Shown here piece by piece: positions 8,160 through 17,828 of a stretch of DNA of 38,811 nt. Location: IMG/VR virus record IMGVR_UViG_3300030294_000092. One strand, given 5' to 3'. Position numbers and translations under genes: made by a program. The first letter of the stretch is position 1; the number at the start of each line of letters is the position of its first letter. The notes under the pieces are model-generated. The model did no database searches. It had not been told where the DNA came from and was given only the letters and a program-made list of their open reading frames with translations. The DNA is from a virus.

Positions 8160-9739
8160 TGAGAGGCCCACCCGCACCAAGCTTCCGAGCCGGAGCCAAG
8201 CTTCCCGCTTCTAACGAAGCCCATGGAGTGACTTACAGCTTGCCAGCTCCTTATGGAGGATGGAATGCCAATGGAAACTTGTCAAACATGCCACCACTCG
8301 ATGCTGTGGTTATGGATAATGTGTATCCAGGTGTAGTCGATGTTTCAGTCCGAAAAGGTTCGACTGACCATGTGACAGGGTTTGCCACAACTCCAAAGAC
8401 TTTTATGGTTTATGAAGGTCCTTCAGTTCGGAAGATGTTTGCCTCGACAGAAACTGGGGTTTATGATGTATCTACAGTAGGAGCACTGGGTTCAGCCGCT
8501 TTTAGCTGCACAAGTTCAGCTTGGACATCTTCGAACTTCTCCAATGCGGCAGGGAATTTTCTAGTAGCAGTTAATGGGATGGATAAGCTGCGGGTCTTTA
8601 ATGGGACTACCTGGCAGGCCATTGATGGGTCTTCCACACCGGCTATTACTGGGATTGCTACAACGGCTTTGAGGCAAGTTACTCTGTTCAAACGTAGACT
8701 ATGGTTTATTGAGCAGGGGACAATGAATCTTTGGTACCTGCCCACGGACTCGTTTGCGGGGGCAGCCACGATCTTCCCCGTGGGGGAACTCTTTACCAGA
8801 GGCGGCAAAGTCCTTGCGATGGGGGATTGGACAGTTGACTCTGGGCAAGGCTCTGATGATTACTTTACGATCTTGTCCAGTCGAGGGGAGTTGGCTGTTT
8901 ATAAGGGCACCGATCCTTCAAGCTCAACCACTTGGTCCTTAGTGGGGGTTTACTACGTCGGCACTCCAGTGGGCACTCAGCCTCTGGTAAAGTTCGGAGG
9001 AGATTTGCTGGTATTGACCATCACTGGGGTTTTCCCACTTTCTTCTTTTGTTCAGTCAACTATCATCGACCGCTCGAAGTCAGTCAGTGATAAAGTCCGG
9101 GGGGCTTTCCTTGACTATATGACAGCTTTTGGAACTGTAGCAGGCTGGCAAGTTCTTGACTTTCCCGAAGGAAACAGCCTCTTTGTCAATGTCCCAATCA
9201 GCACGACACAGAGTGTCCAATTCGTGATGAATAAGACCACAAAAGCTTGGTGTCGGTTTTTGAATTGGAACGCAACCTCCTTCTGCGTGTTTGGGGGAAA
9301 TCTCTACTTTGCCGGTGGGACGAAGATCACTCAAGCTTGGACTGGGGCATCCGATAGCGGAGTTGCCATTACCGGAACAGTGCAGCAAGCCTATACCCCA
9401 CTTGGCCGCAATGGGCAGAAACAAGTTACCGGTGTTCGCCCCCATATCTCGGTGCAGGGCAGTGGCGCTGTCAACTACGGTATTGATGCTGATTTTGTAA
9501 GCAGCCCAACGGGTTCAACCCTCAGCTACCTTGCCGCCAACAACTCCGCGATTTGGGACTTAACTAACTGGGATCAGTGCATTTGGACTGAAGGCGTTCT
9601 CCCAATCCGCCCGAGTTGGCTGACTGTTCCCTGCGACCTCGGGTACCTTCACTCTTTTCGCTTGCAAATTACAAGCAGCACTTCCAGTGTTGTTTGGACG
9701 GCGACGAACTTTTTATATAATCCAGCTGGGGTTTTGTGA
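8159..9739 (+). CDS. Putative tail hub / DNA-stabilisation-type protein (526 aa)
   Basis: TAATG coupling to the upstream gene. The N-terminal YSLPAPYGGWNANGNLSNMPPLDAVVMDNVYP resembles podovirus 'stabilisation'/tail-tube proteins, from memory. Size and position are like P22 gp10. Confidence 0.5.
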   Translation: MRGPPAPSFRAGAKLPASNEAHGVTYSLPAPYGGWNANGNLSNMPPLDAVVMDNVYPGVVDVSVRKGSTDHVTGFATTPKTFMVYEGPSVRKMFASTETGVYDVSTVGALGSAAFSCTSSAWTSSNFSNAAGNFLVAVNGMDKLRVFNGTTWQAIDGSSTPAITGIATTALRQVTLFKRRLWFIEQGTMNLWYLPTDSFAGAATIFPVGELFTRGGKVLAMGDWTVDSGQGSDDYFTILSSRGELAVYKGTDPSSSTTWSLVGVYYVGTPVGTQPLVKFGGDLLVLTITGVFPLSSFVQSTIIDRSKSVSDKVRGAFLDYMTAFGTVAGWQVLDFPEGNSLFVNVPISTTQSVQFVMNKTTKAWCRFLNWNATSFCVFGGNLYFAGGTKITQAWTGASDSGVAITGTVQQAYTPLGRNGQKQVTGVRPHISVQGSGAVNYGIDADFVSSPTGSTLSYLAANNSAIWDLTNWDQCIWTEGVLPIRPSWLTVPCDLGYLHSFRLQITSSTSSVVWTATNFLYNPAGVL

Positions 9740-10194
9740 GAAGAATTTTAACAGGACAGGAAGACCTTTTTGGACCTTGGATGATGCTGAGGTTAGGAGG
9801 TCGTTGGACTCCTGGTAAGGGTTCTATCATTGGACTTTGGGATGATGTAACAGGTCCGATTGCAGGGTGTTTATATGAAGGAAGCAATGGGGCTTCTATC
9901 ATGTTGCACTGCGTTGGGTTAGGGAAAAGTTGGCTAAATCGAGAATTTCTCTGGTTTAGTTTCTACTACCCTTTTGAGCAGTTGGGTTTGAAGAAGATTA
10001 TCTGTCCGGTTGAGCCGGAGAATGAAGAGTCCAAGAAGTTCCTGCTTCACCTTGGATTCACCCTCGAGGCGACCCTTGAGAATGCCAGCCCGAAAGGGGA
10101 TCTGCTGATTTTTACAATGGGTAGAGATCAGTGCAAATGGTTATCTTTGAAGGGATCTTATCATGGGAAAGCCAAGCGCCCCTGCCGCACCTGA
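9736..10194 (+). CDS. GNAT-family (RimJ/RimL-like) N-acetyltransferase-like protein, GTG start
   Basis: The C-terminal half FEQLGLKKIICPVEPENEESKKFLLHLGFTLEATLENA...GDLLIFTM matches the Acetyltransf_3 pattern (lgl.ri...v...N..S....eklGF..eG). The start is uncertain: GTG at 9736, with an internal ATG downstream. Confidence 0.55.
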   Translation: MRRILTGQEDLFGPWMMLRLGGRWTPGKGSIIGLWDDVTGPIAGCLYEGSNGASIMLHCVGLGKSWLNREFLWFSFYYPFEQLGLKKIICPVEPENEESKKFLLHLGFTLEATLENASPKGDLLIFTMGRDQCKWLSLKGSYHGKAKRPCRT

Positions 10195-11314
10195 TTATGC
10201 AGCAGCAGCCAACCAGCAAGGTGTGGCGAATGTCAACTCGGCTGTTGCGACTAATAGGCTGAATCAAGCCAATCAAGTCGGCCCCAATGGGTCTTTGACT
10301 TATTCCTATTCTGCACCAGATTCTGGCCAAGGTTATACCGATCCCCAGACTGGGCAGTATATTCCACAGACTACTGCGACGACTACGCTATCTCCAGAGC
10401 AGCAAAAGCTCTATGACCAGAACTCAAACATTTCAACAAGCCTGAATGATCTGGCTCAACAGGGGATTGGCTATGTAGCTGATGCCTCGGCTACTCCAAT
10501 TGACCAGAGCAAACTTCCGAGTTTGGCAACTGGGCTTGGGGTTACGAATGGTTCGGTGCTGGGGCAGGCAGGGGATTCGAGTCTTTCGAGCGGTGATGCT
10601 GGAGCAGTAGGTGTTCGGGATAAAATCACCGATGCCATGATGCAGCGGTTGCAGCCTTATATGGATCAGCAGAAGCAGCAATTGGCGACTCAGCAGGCTA
10701 ATCAGGGGATTACCTTGGGAAGCCAAGCAAATAACTTCGACCAACTGAATTTGAATAAAAGCCAGAATGACCAGCGGATTGCTGCGCTGCTGGCCGGTGA
10801 TACTGAGCAACAGAATTTGTTCAATCAAGGCCTGGCCGGGAGTCAGTTCCAGAACCAAGCCCGTGGGCAGGCTATTCAGGAAGCTGATTACTTCAAGAAC
10901 CAGCCGCTTAATATGCTCAACGCACTGCGTAGTGGGAACCAGACCACGATGCCGCAGTTCGGTAATGTTAGCGGTGGGGCGCAGATTCAAGCAGCTCCTG
11001 TTTACCAAGCGGCCAATGACCAATATTCAGCTGCATTGAAACAGTATCAGACTGATATGGCTGGATCAACAGCACTGCTAAGTGGTCTTGGTTCTCTCGG
11101 TAGTGCTGCAGTTACGAAGTATTCCGATCGGAGGCTTAAGACCAACATTAAACTACTTGGTATTCGGGCTGATGGTCTTGGTATTTATTCCTATGATTAT
11201 GTCTGGGGTGGTAGTCAAACTGGCGTCATGGCCGACGAAGTGGCAATTTTGAAGCCCGAAGCTCTTGGACCTGTCCTAGGTGGTTATGCCACCGTTAACT
11301 ACGGAGCACTCTAA
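10163..11314 (+). CDS. Q/N-rich fibre- or needle-like protein with a C-terminal peptidase-S74 intramolecular chaperone domain
   Basis: The last 63 aa (nt 11123-11311), SDRRLKTNIKLLG...GVMADEVAILKPEALGPVLGGYATVNYGAL, match the S74 autoproteolytic chaperone signature (S-D-x-R-x-K ... AqEv ... V.Y). GAAGGGA RBS. Confidence 0.75.
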   Translation: MGKPSAPAAPDYAAAANQQGVANVNSAVATNRLNQANQVGPNGSLTYSYSAPDSGQGYTDPQTGQYIPQTTATTTLSPEQQKLYDQNSNISTSLNDLAQQGIGYVADASATPIDQSKLPSLATGLGVTNGSVLGQAGDSSLSSGDAGAVGVRDKITDAMMQRLQPYMDQQKQQLATQQANQGITLGSQANNFDQLNLNKSQNDQRIAALLAGDTEQQNLFNQGLAGSQFQNQARGQAIQEADYFKNQPLNMLNALRSGNQTTMPQFGNVSGGAQIQAAPVYQAANDQYSAALKQYQTDMAGSTALLSGLGSLGSAAVTKYSDRRLKTNIKLLGIRADGLGIYSYDYVWGGSQTGVMADEVAILKPEALGPVLGGYATVNYGAL

Positions 11315-12129
11315 TGGCTCAGAATATATCAACCCCGACTTTAAACTTGACAAAGTTGAATGTGGGCACTGGATTTGAGCAGCAGCAAGCTGTGGCTGCT
11401 GCTAAGCAGAGGCTTGCTGAACAGCTTATGCAGCAGGGCATAGCCCCCGATGAAAACATGCGTTCACCTGTACAGGTCTTGGGGCATATGGCGCAAGCAT
11501 GGGCTGGGAAATCTATGCAGAAAGAAGCTTTGGCTGAGCAAGCTAAAGTTGCTGAGGCTCTTCGGGGGAAAAGAGCTGAACTTGCCCAGCAAGTCTATTC
11601 GGATGCAGCTAGCGGTATGTCGGTGGATCAGATAGCAGCTAACTATGGCCATGATCCCATGGCTGCAGATATTGCCAAGCCTTTTTTGGATGCTTATGCT
11701 CAGCGGTTGAAGAATAATGAAGGCCTTCGAGAGGTGAATGGTCGGATTGTTCGGACTGGCGACGTTATAGGACAAGCTAATAATGATCCGAATAAGGATG
11801 TTTTTCTTGGGCCAGATGGGCAATTGACGATCAATCCTGTCAAAGTCACAGCAAGCGTGATATCACAAGGTAAACCTGCAATGGGACTGGACGCTGCTGG
11901 GAAAACTGTGCCTTACCCAACAACAGGGCAAATGCCTGGAACTGGCCCATTGGCGAATGCTATGCTCAGTCAAAGTGGGCAATCTAACCCCCAGCCTTCA
12001 ACAGCCCCCACCCCCCCGGCTGGGGGGCCTAAGTATGTTCAGGTGCAAACGGAAGCTCAGTATAATATGCTAGCTCCTGGTATGACTTACCTTGACCCCA
12101 ATGGCCAAGTTCGTGTGAAAGGTAATTAG
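11314..12129 (+). CDS. Hypothetical protein (271 aa), a candidate internal/ejection protein
   Basis: TAATG coupling. Lies between the needle-like protein and the 1027-aa ORF. No motif recognised. Confidence 0.55.
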   Translation: MAQNISTPTLNLTKLNVGTGFEQQQAVAAAKQRLAEQLMQQGIAPDENMRSPVQVLGHMAQAWAGKSMQKEALAEQAKVAEALRGKRAELAQQVYSDAASGMSVDQIAANYGHDPMAADIAKPFLDAYAQRLKNNEGLREVNGRIVRTGDVIGQANNDPNKDVFLGPDGQLTINPVKVTASVISQGKPAMGLDAAGKTVPYPTTGQMPGTGPLANAMLSQSGQSNPQPSTAPTPPAGGPKYVQVQTEAQYNMLAPGMTYLDPNGQVRVKGN

Positions 12130-12130
12130 G

Positions 12131-15100
12131 ATGCCACAACCTTGGGAACAAGATCGAATCGTCGGACAGCCTCAAGTTCAGCCTCAGCCTTTTCCGGGGG
12201 CGCAACTCCCTATGGGAGGGAATGTTGCGAATGTTCAGACGCAAGCGGAGGCTGACCAAAGAGCAGCTTTGGCTCACAAGCAAGACACGCGGGCTGAGCA
12301 AGCCCTGCAAAATGAGAATACCCGATTGAGGATGGCGGCTGAGGAGCACGACAGGAAGACCAAGTCTGAGCAGCCCAGTGGCGGCGTGCCCGTAAATGCT
12401 ACCGAGGGTCAAGCTGCTGGCCACGCTCGCTTGCTTCTGAACAACGTAGAGTCCCTACGAGGAGTCTTGACTAAAGACCCGGAAGCAATGAAACCTACTT
12501 GGAGGGAGTTACTGGTTAAAGGGCTGTCTCCAGATAATTCAGAGGTCCAAGCTGCTCTTACAGCTTATACACAAAACGGGCAAAGGCAGATTGCCGACAA
12601 TGCCTATAATGGCATCTTGGACTCTGCTATCTGGTTGTCCACTGGGGCAGCAGCTCCCGAAAGCCAGATTACCCGTATTCGGAATACCCTGGTGCCTACA
12701 CCTTTTGATAAACCTGAAGATTTAGCCGACAAATGGAAGCGGGTTCAGTCTTATATTTCGGATGCTAAACTTCGAGCAGGGGCAGGTAATATCCCCCTGC
12801 AACAGGCCTTGGAAGAGGCCTCTAGCCAGATGGCACCCCTCTATGGGTCTGGTATTGTGGCCCCATCTGGGAAGCAGACGTTGGCTTTATCTGGGACAGA
12901 GCAGGCTATCTCACTACCTAAGGGTTATCAAGACGCTCATGCCGCCTATCTGGCTGCCCACCCCCCAGGAACTTTGAAAGTTGGGGACTATATTGATTTC
13001 CGCCATGAGACTGATAAGAAGTTCGAGCGGGACAGTGGTCCTATGCCCGAGGCTGAAGCCTGGGTTAAAGCCTACAACGCCGGTCATGGCAGCACACAAA
13101 TCCCTGAAGAAAACAGGCAACTTGGTAGTGTGGAAAAACTGGCTGCAGGGGCTGCAGCTGACAAAGGCGCGCTTGGGGATTTGTATACCGGCATTATGAA
13201 TGCTGCTAATGCCGGTAGTGCTGGGTTGCCCATGCGACTGGCAGGGCAGGAAGGTAGAGCGGCCTCTCATATGGCAAACGAGGCTCACCCTATATCGGCT
13301 ATTGCCGGGGATATTGCCGGGGGCATTGCACCTACGCTAGGCCTAGAGAGTATAGTGGGTGGGGGCTTGTCTAAACTAGGCTCCGGTGAAGTGGGAACAC
13401 GTGTGGGTCGTGAAATCCTCGCCAATAGTGCCTATGGTGCGGCCCGTGGAGCTAACGAAGCTGAACCCGGTAATCGCGGTATTCAAGCTTTTTATGGCGG
13501 GGCCGTAGGAGCGGTGGCACCTCTTGTAGGGCGAGCAGCTGTTCGGGGGGCTAAAGGATTTCTTAGCGCGGAGAATGGCAATACCATAGAACGCTTGTTG
13601 AGTGAGCAGAAGTTTGTAATTCCAGGTGAACGGATGCCGCTTCCGGTGGAGGCAGTCACCCCGGCGGCTTACCAATCCATGAGTGAGGCACAACTTCGAG
13701 AAGCAGCTGCTAACGCTGAGCGCGATCTTGGGACCCATCAAGCAGCAAGGGCACAGCATGAAGCTGGGGTAGAGGCTCAAAAGCAGGATTTTGCTAAAAA
13801 CTGGATGCAGGCTAAAACTCAAGCTGAGCAGTTGGCTCTAGTGGAGAAGAACAAACAGCTGCAAGCGGCTTTTCTAGCCGATCCTCAGAATGCTATGTTG
13901 CCCTCAGGAACTAGGCAGCGTTGGGCTGAGGAAGCTTTTCCGACAACCCCGGAAGGTGTAGCTGAAGCTCTGCGAACTGGGCCTAAACCTGAAGTATCGG
14001 CAGGTGTGCCTGCTCCAGAGGTTTCTCAATACCAAGCTCCGGAAGGTCTGGACTCTCCGGAGGTTCTAGCTGCCCGAAAAGCTCGGATTGAGCAGCATCT
14101 GGCAACTCCAAATACCCCGAGTGAGGGGGTTATGCCAGCAGTTAACCTCACCACAATGCAGAGAGCAGGCCTTGGGCGTTTGGAAGAGTCTGCTACGGCT
14201 CTGCCTTTTGTTCGTGGGGCACGGCAAGCTGTTGATGAAAGCTATACCAAGCGGAAGGTAGCGGAAGCGCTGTCTACGGCTGGGGTTCCGCTGCCAAAAG
14301 CTGAAGGTTCGATGGAGCTGTTCGACAAGGGATATCAAGCCCTTGGGGAGAAGTATGACAAACTGGCTCCGATGACCCAAGGGAATATTACCAAGAACTT
14401 TGATAACTCCATAGCTGCTCTGCGGGCAAAGACCCTTGGTGCTGCCCCTAGTGCCGAGCGTCGGGATGCTTGGAATGAGATTGAAACGGCTGTTCAGGGT
14501 TTTCGGAAAACTGGAAAGTTTGATGCTCAAGGGTTTCGAGAACTCTCGGACCGGCTTCGGCAGATTTCGGAAGCCTATGGAGATGCCACGGACAGCGTGG
14601 TAAAGACCGATGTGGCGAGAGCTGCTGGGCAGGTGAAAGATCGGCTGGTTGATCTTCTTGGAGAGAATAATCCGGCAGCAGCGGCGGCTTATAAGCCGCT
14701 GAACAAAGCCTATGCTCAATTCAGCCAGTTGCAGAAAGCCACGAAGTATAAGTCCTCACGGATGGAAGGGAGTACTGTAGCACCAGAGCCTCTCTACGAC
14801 GCGATGTATAAGGCGGATAGTTCTCCTGACAAGATGGACTTCACTCGGGGAAAGTTTCCTGGGCAGAAGGATGTCAAAGCAGAACTGGACATTATCGGTG
14901 GTAAGGTTCCGGCTAAGGACTCTCTTGGGCAGACTGCTATCGCTGGCGGTGTTCTCGGCTATGGGGGCTTTATTCCCAAGGCTACTGCCGTCCTCGCGGG
15001 CGCTGGCTATGTTCCTGGCACCAAGCAGTTCATGCAAGCTCTCCTCCGGGGCTATCCAGAAAAAGCGGCCACTGCTCTATCCGATATTGCCAAAGGCGAT

Positions 15101-15214
15101 GGGTCGAGTAAGTTGAGGAAAGTCCTAGGGGCAGGACTGTCTCCCGAGGCCCTGCAACAACTAATCACCCAGTCACTCCGTGAGTATTCTTCTAAGTTTA
15201 ATGGAGGGAAGTAA
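12131..15214 (+). CDS. Large internal virion/ejection-type protein (1027 aa)
   Basis: The longest ORF in the genome. Ala/Gly/Gln-rich and helical. Its position before the tailspike parallels P22 gp20/gp16 and T7 gp15/gp16. I could not see a lytic transglycosylase motif. Confidence 0.6.
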   Translation: MPQPWEQDRIVGQPQVQPQPFPGAQLPMGGNVANVQTQAEADQRAALAHKQDTRAEQALQNENTRLRMAAEEHDRKTKSEQPSGGVPVNATEGQAAGHARLLLNNVESLRGVLTKDPEAMKPTWRELLVKGLSPDNSEVQAALTAYTQNGQRQIADNAYNGILDSAIWLSTGAAAPESQITRIRNTLVPTPFDKPEDLADKWKRVQSYISDAKLRAGAGNIPLQQALEEASSQMAPLYGSGIVAPSGKQTLALSGTEQAISLPKGYQDAHAAYLAAHPPGTLKVGDYIDFRHETDKKFERDSGPMPEAEAWVKAYNAGHGSTQIPEENRQLGSVEKLAAGAAADKGALGDLYTGIMNAANAGSAGLPMRLAGQEGRAASHMANEAHPISAIAGDIAGGIAPTLGLESIVGGGLSKLGSGEVGTRVGREILANSAYGAARGANEAEPGNRGIQAFYGGAVGAVAPLVGRAAVRGAKGFLSAENGNTIERLLSEQKFVIPGERMPLPVEAVTPAAYQSMSEAQLREAAANAERDLGTHQAARAQHEAGVEAQKQDFAKNWMQAKTQAEQLALVEKNKQLQAAFLADPQNAMLPSGTRQRWAEEAFPTTPEGVAEALRTGPKPEVSAGVPAPEVSQYQAPEGLDSPEVLAARKARIEQHLATPNTPSEGVMPAVNLTTMQRAGLGRLEESATALPFVRGARQAVDESYTKRKVAEALSTAGVPLPKAEGSMELFDKGYQALGEKYDKLAPMTQGNITKNFDNSIAALRAKTLGAAPSAERRDAWNEIETAVQGFRKTGKFDAQGFRELSDRLRQISEAYGDATDSVVKTDVARAAGQVKDRLVDLLGENNPAAAAAYKPLNKAYAQFSQLQKATKYKSSRMEGSTVAPEPLYDAMYKADSSPDKMDFTRGKFPGQKDVKAELDIIGGKVPAKDSLGQTAIAGGVLGYGGFIPKATAVLAGAGYVPGTKQFMQALLRGYPEKAATALSDIAKGDGSSKLRKVLGAGLSPEALQQLITQSLREYSSKFNGGK

Positions 15215-15216
15215 CC

Positions 15217-17073
15217 ATGCCTTTTGATGGATCGGGAAATTTCAGCCCACCGAGCCCTCCGGCGTTTCCTGCTGTTAGCGGGACTACAGTAAATTCGACT
15301 TACTTCAACGCAACCATTAATGACATAGCAGCGGGACTGTCTAATTGCTTAACCCAAGATGGGCAGGCTTCCTGGAAGGCCTCTCAGAATTCGGGAGGCT
15401 ACGCTCTGACAGGGCTTGTTACCCCAACAACCTCTGATGCAGCTGCTTCTAAAGGATACGTAGACACAAAAGCCTCACTGGAGACGCTCGCTGCTACTGG
15501 GGGAGCGGTTTTAATCGGGGCCAATGATGCCACATCCGGCGCCCTCTGGACGACTGTGCAGGGCTATATCGATTACCTGAAGGCAAGCGCTGGCGCATCA
15601 GCTATGGGCTTTACGCAAGCTGGGGCTAGTGCTGTAACGCGAACGGCGCAAAGCAAATTACGTGATCAGGTCAACGTAAGGGACTATGGAGCTGTCTTGG
15701 ATGGCGTTACGGATGACTATGCGGCATTTTTGGCCGCGTATAATGCGTGCCCCTTTGGTGGATCGGTATTCGTCCCTTACACTGCGGGTGGTGCCTATCT
15801 TTCCGCCAATCCTGACAACGGCAGCAAGGCTGTTAGATGGGTATTCGACATTGGCGTCAAGCTGGCGGGCGTGGGCATGGGAACTCCCGGTAGCGGTGGC
15901 GGAACCTTTGGGTCTTTGCGCACAAACCCATGGCTGCGCGTAAATGGGGCTTACACGTATTCTGATTTGACTACGCTAACCAGCCCCACGGGTGGCGCAG
16001 TTGTCGGGGATAGCAGCGAATTTAAATCGCTGGCTGCGGCGGCTAGCACAAAGTCGATTACTGGTACAATCACAAATGGCTCGTCAGTAATGACAGGCGT
16101 GTCTAGCACTGTTGGCGTATACCCCGGTGATGCAATATTGTCGGCGGTATCTGGTTGGCCAACAGGGACAACCCGAACCAACTGCATGCGGGTAGTTTCG
16201 GTTGGAGCCAACACCATCACGTTTGGCCCAGACAATGGGACTGGCTCTGGCGTGGCGACGGCAACGGCTTGGGCTGGGTCCACTACGGCGGCAACCAGCT
16301 TCACCATCCGCCGCAGACACTGGATGGCTGGATGGTATACGGGACTGGATACAGGGACCGTCGATAACATTGACGTGCACTATGAGCTGTGGAACCCAGT
16401 TCTTAATATCACGGGTGCCGCAGGGGCCATCACGGAATACAACCTCAATTGCTACGCAAACACAGCCGACTACTCACGGGCTATTGTCATCACCGGCTCT
16501 GGCGATGGCACGGCGGGTGCGGGTAAAGTTTTGGGCATTGATATTCAGCGCGGGGGGGCGGTCCAGTGGGTGACCGGCGTATCTGTGCGAAATGCGCAAG
16601 TTGGCTTGTTCGCTAATGCCAAATATCCGATCAACATTGACACGACCTATAGCAACAACAGCACGGGCGGCACTGAAACTATTGGTTATGGTGTTCATTT
16701 CAATAATGCGCCCTCGTCGAAAGGTGCATTGTTTGAAGGCGGACAACTTGTCAACGGCGCGCCCGCGCTGGTATTATGGCGGAATACCGATACCTCACCG
16801 ACTGGGCGCTTTATCCAGTGCAAAGATGCTGCGGATACCAACGAGCTTTTCTTTGTGAATAGTGATGGTGGGATTAAGACCTACGCACCATCCAACTCAA
16901 ATGGTTCGACTGTGGCAGCCGGGTCAATTGAGTGCAACGGCATCACTTTGCGTGGCGGAACCAATATTCAGCTTGGCCAGACTAAAACCGCGTCGAGTGA
17001 TGCCCCGATCAACGGCTACCTAACTCTTTACGACAGCGCTGGTGCAGCGGTCAAAGTCGCAACTATTGCATAA
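15217..17073 (+). CDS. Tailspike/tail fibre with a pectate-lyase-superfamily beta-helix (putative depolymerase)
   Basis: The N-terminus FDGSGNF...VSGTTVNSTYFNATINDIAAGLSNCLTQDG is a common phage fibre anchor. VNVRDYGAVLDGVTDDYAAFLAAYNAC is the Pectate_lyase_3 signature. Confidence 0.8.
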   Translation: MPFDGSGNFSPPSPPAFPAVSGTTVNSTYFNATINDIAAGLSNCLTQDGQASWKASQNSGGYALTGLVTPTTSDAAASKGYVDTKASLETLAATGGAVLIGANDATSGALWTTVQGYIDYLKASAGASAMGFTQAGASAVTRTAQSKLRDQVNVRDYGAVLDGVTDDYAAFLAAYNACPFGGSVFVPYTAGGAYLSANPDNGSKAVRWVFDIGVKLAGVGMGTPGSGGGTFGSLRTNPWLRVNGAYTYSDLTTLTSPTGGAVVGDSSEFKSLAAAASTKSITGTITNGSSVMTGVSSTVGVYPGDAILSAVSGWPTGTTRTNCMRVVSVGANTITFGPDNGTGSGVATATAWAGSTTAATSFTIRRRHWMAGWYTGLDTGTVDNIDVHYELWNPVLNITGAAGAITEYNLNCYANTADYSRAIVITGSGDGTAGAGKVLGIDIQRGGAVQWVTGVSVRNAQVGLFANAKYPINIDTTYSNNSTGGTETIGYGVHFNNAPSSKGALFEGGQLVNGAPALVLWRNTDTSPTGRFIQCKDAADTNELFFVNSDGGIKTYAPSNSNGSTVAAGSIECNGITLRGGTNIQLGQTKTASSDAPINGYLTLYDSAGAAVKVATIA

Positions 17074-17083
17074 GGATTATTAT

Positions 17084-17332
17084 ATGCGTGACGTACAACT
17101 CATTATGACTGAATTCAAGCTCGCTCAAGCACATGCGCAGATAGCACAGATGAATGCGGCGCTGGCAGATTATCAATTTCGCGAGGCTCAATCCGATGCC
17201 GTGCGCCTCTCCGCTGAGTTGCGCGCCGCTGAGGAAGCCATGGCCGCCGCCGCCGCTGATAATGGCCTGTCCGATATGGGCAGCTATTTTGCCGATCCAG
17301 CCGTGTCAACTGGATCGGCGGGGCTGGTGTGA
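17084..17332 (+). CDS. Hypothetical Ala-rich coiled-coil protein (82 aa)
   Basis: ATG at 17084 lies 10 nt after the tailspike stop (the longer 17042 start overlaps the tailspike). It shares the GC-rich composition of the tailspike 3' half. Confidence 0.45.
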   Translation: MRDVQLIMTEFKLAQAHAQIAQMNAALADYQFREAQSDAVRLSAELRAAEEAMAAAAADNGLSDMGSYFADPAVSTGSAGLV

Positions 17333-17396
17333 TGGCGCGTCTGGCGGTAGGGTGAGCTTGTGCGTTTTGAGCTTTTTAAGCAGTAGAGAAAGATCT

Positions 17397-17624
17397 ATGG
17401 ACAACCAGCAAGTACTTAACCTCGTCGTCTCTCTTGTCTGTGGCATCATGGGCTGGCTCCTCAACGAACTTTGGTCGGCACATAAAGCACTGGCCCAGGA
17501 ACACCATGCGCACACTCTGACTGTGGCTAAAGATTATGTGTCGAAGGAAGATCTCAACAAACAACTTGACGAAATTCGAAAGACGCTGGATAACATCTGG
17601 AAAGCAGTTAGAAAAGGAGAATGA
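17397..17624 (+). CDS. Small membrane protein (75 aa) with an N-terminal TM helix and a coiled coil, a holin or i-spanin-like candidate
   Basis: MDNQQVLNLVVSLVCGIMGWLLNELW forms the TM segment, followed by a charged helical tail. The internal ATG was chosen because the upstream part of ORF 17154..17624 overlaps the previous gene. Confidence 0.5.
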   Translation: MDNQQVLNLVVSLVCGIMGWLLNELWSAHKALAQEHHAHTLTVAKDYVSKEDLNKQLDEIRKTLDNIWKAVRKGE

Positions 17625-17626
17625 TT

Positions 17627-17806
17627 ATGTTGATGAATTTGGTAAGCTGGGCCGCCGCTAGGGCAAAAGAACCTTCAACTTGGGTAGGGATTGGGGGCTT
17701 TGTTGCTCTGCTCAATCCGGCTGTTGGGGCCTTGGTGGGCAAGTATGGCCTGGTCGTTGGGCCGCTGCTCTCGGGGCTGCTGATTGGGGCCACAACAAAG
17801 AAGTGA
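17627..17806 (+). CDS. Small hydrophobic protein (59 aa; 61 aa if it starts at 17621), a holin-like candidate
   Basis: The hydrophobic stretches WVGIGGFVALLNPAVGALVG and LVVGPLLSGLLIG end in KK. The AGGAGA SD is 7 nt upstream of ATG 17627. ATG 17621 overlaps the previous stop (ATGA). Confidence 0.5.
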   Translation: MLMNLVSWAAARAKEPSTWVGIGGFVALLNPAVGALVGKYGLVVGPLLSGLLIGATTKK

Positions 17807-17828
17807 AAATCGGAAATCTGAGAAATTG

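Noticed and set aside
17042-17624. Longer track versions of the two small ORFs after the tailspike (17042-17332 and 17154-17624)
   Set aside because: The upstream extensions overlap the preceding genes and start at non-ATG codons. Internal ATGs at 17084 and 17397 give compact, non-overlapping genes, the second starting exactly at a transmembrane segment.
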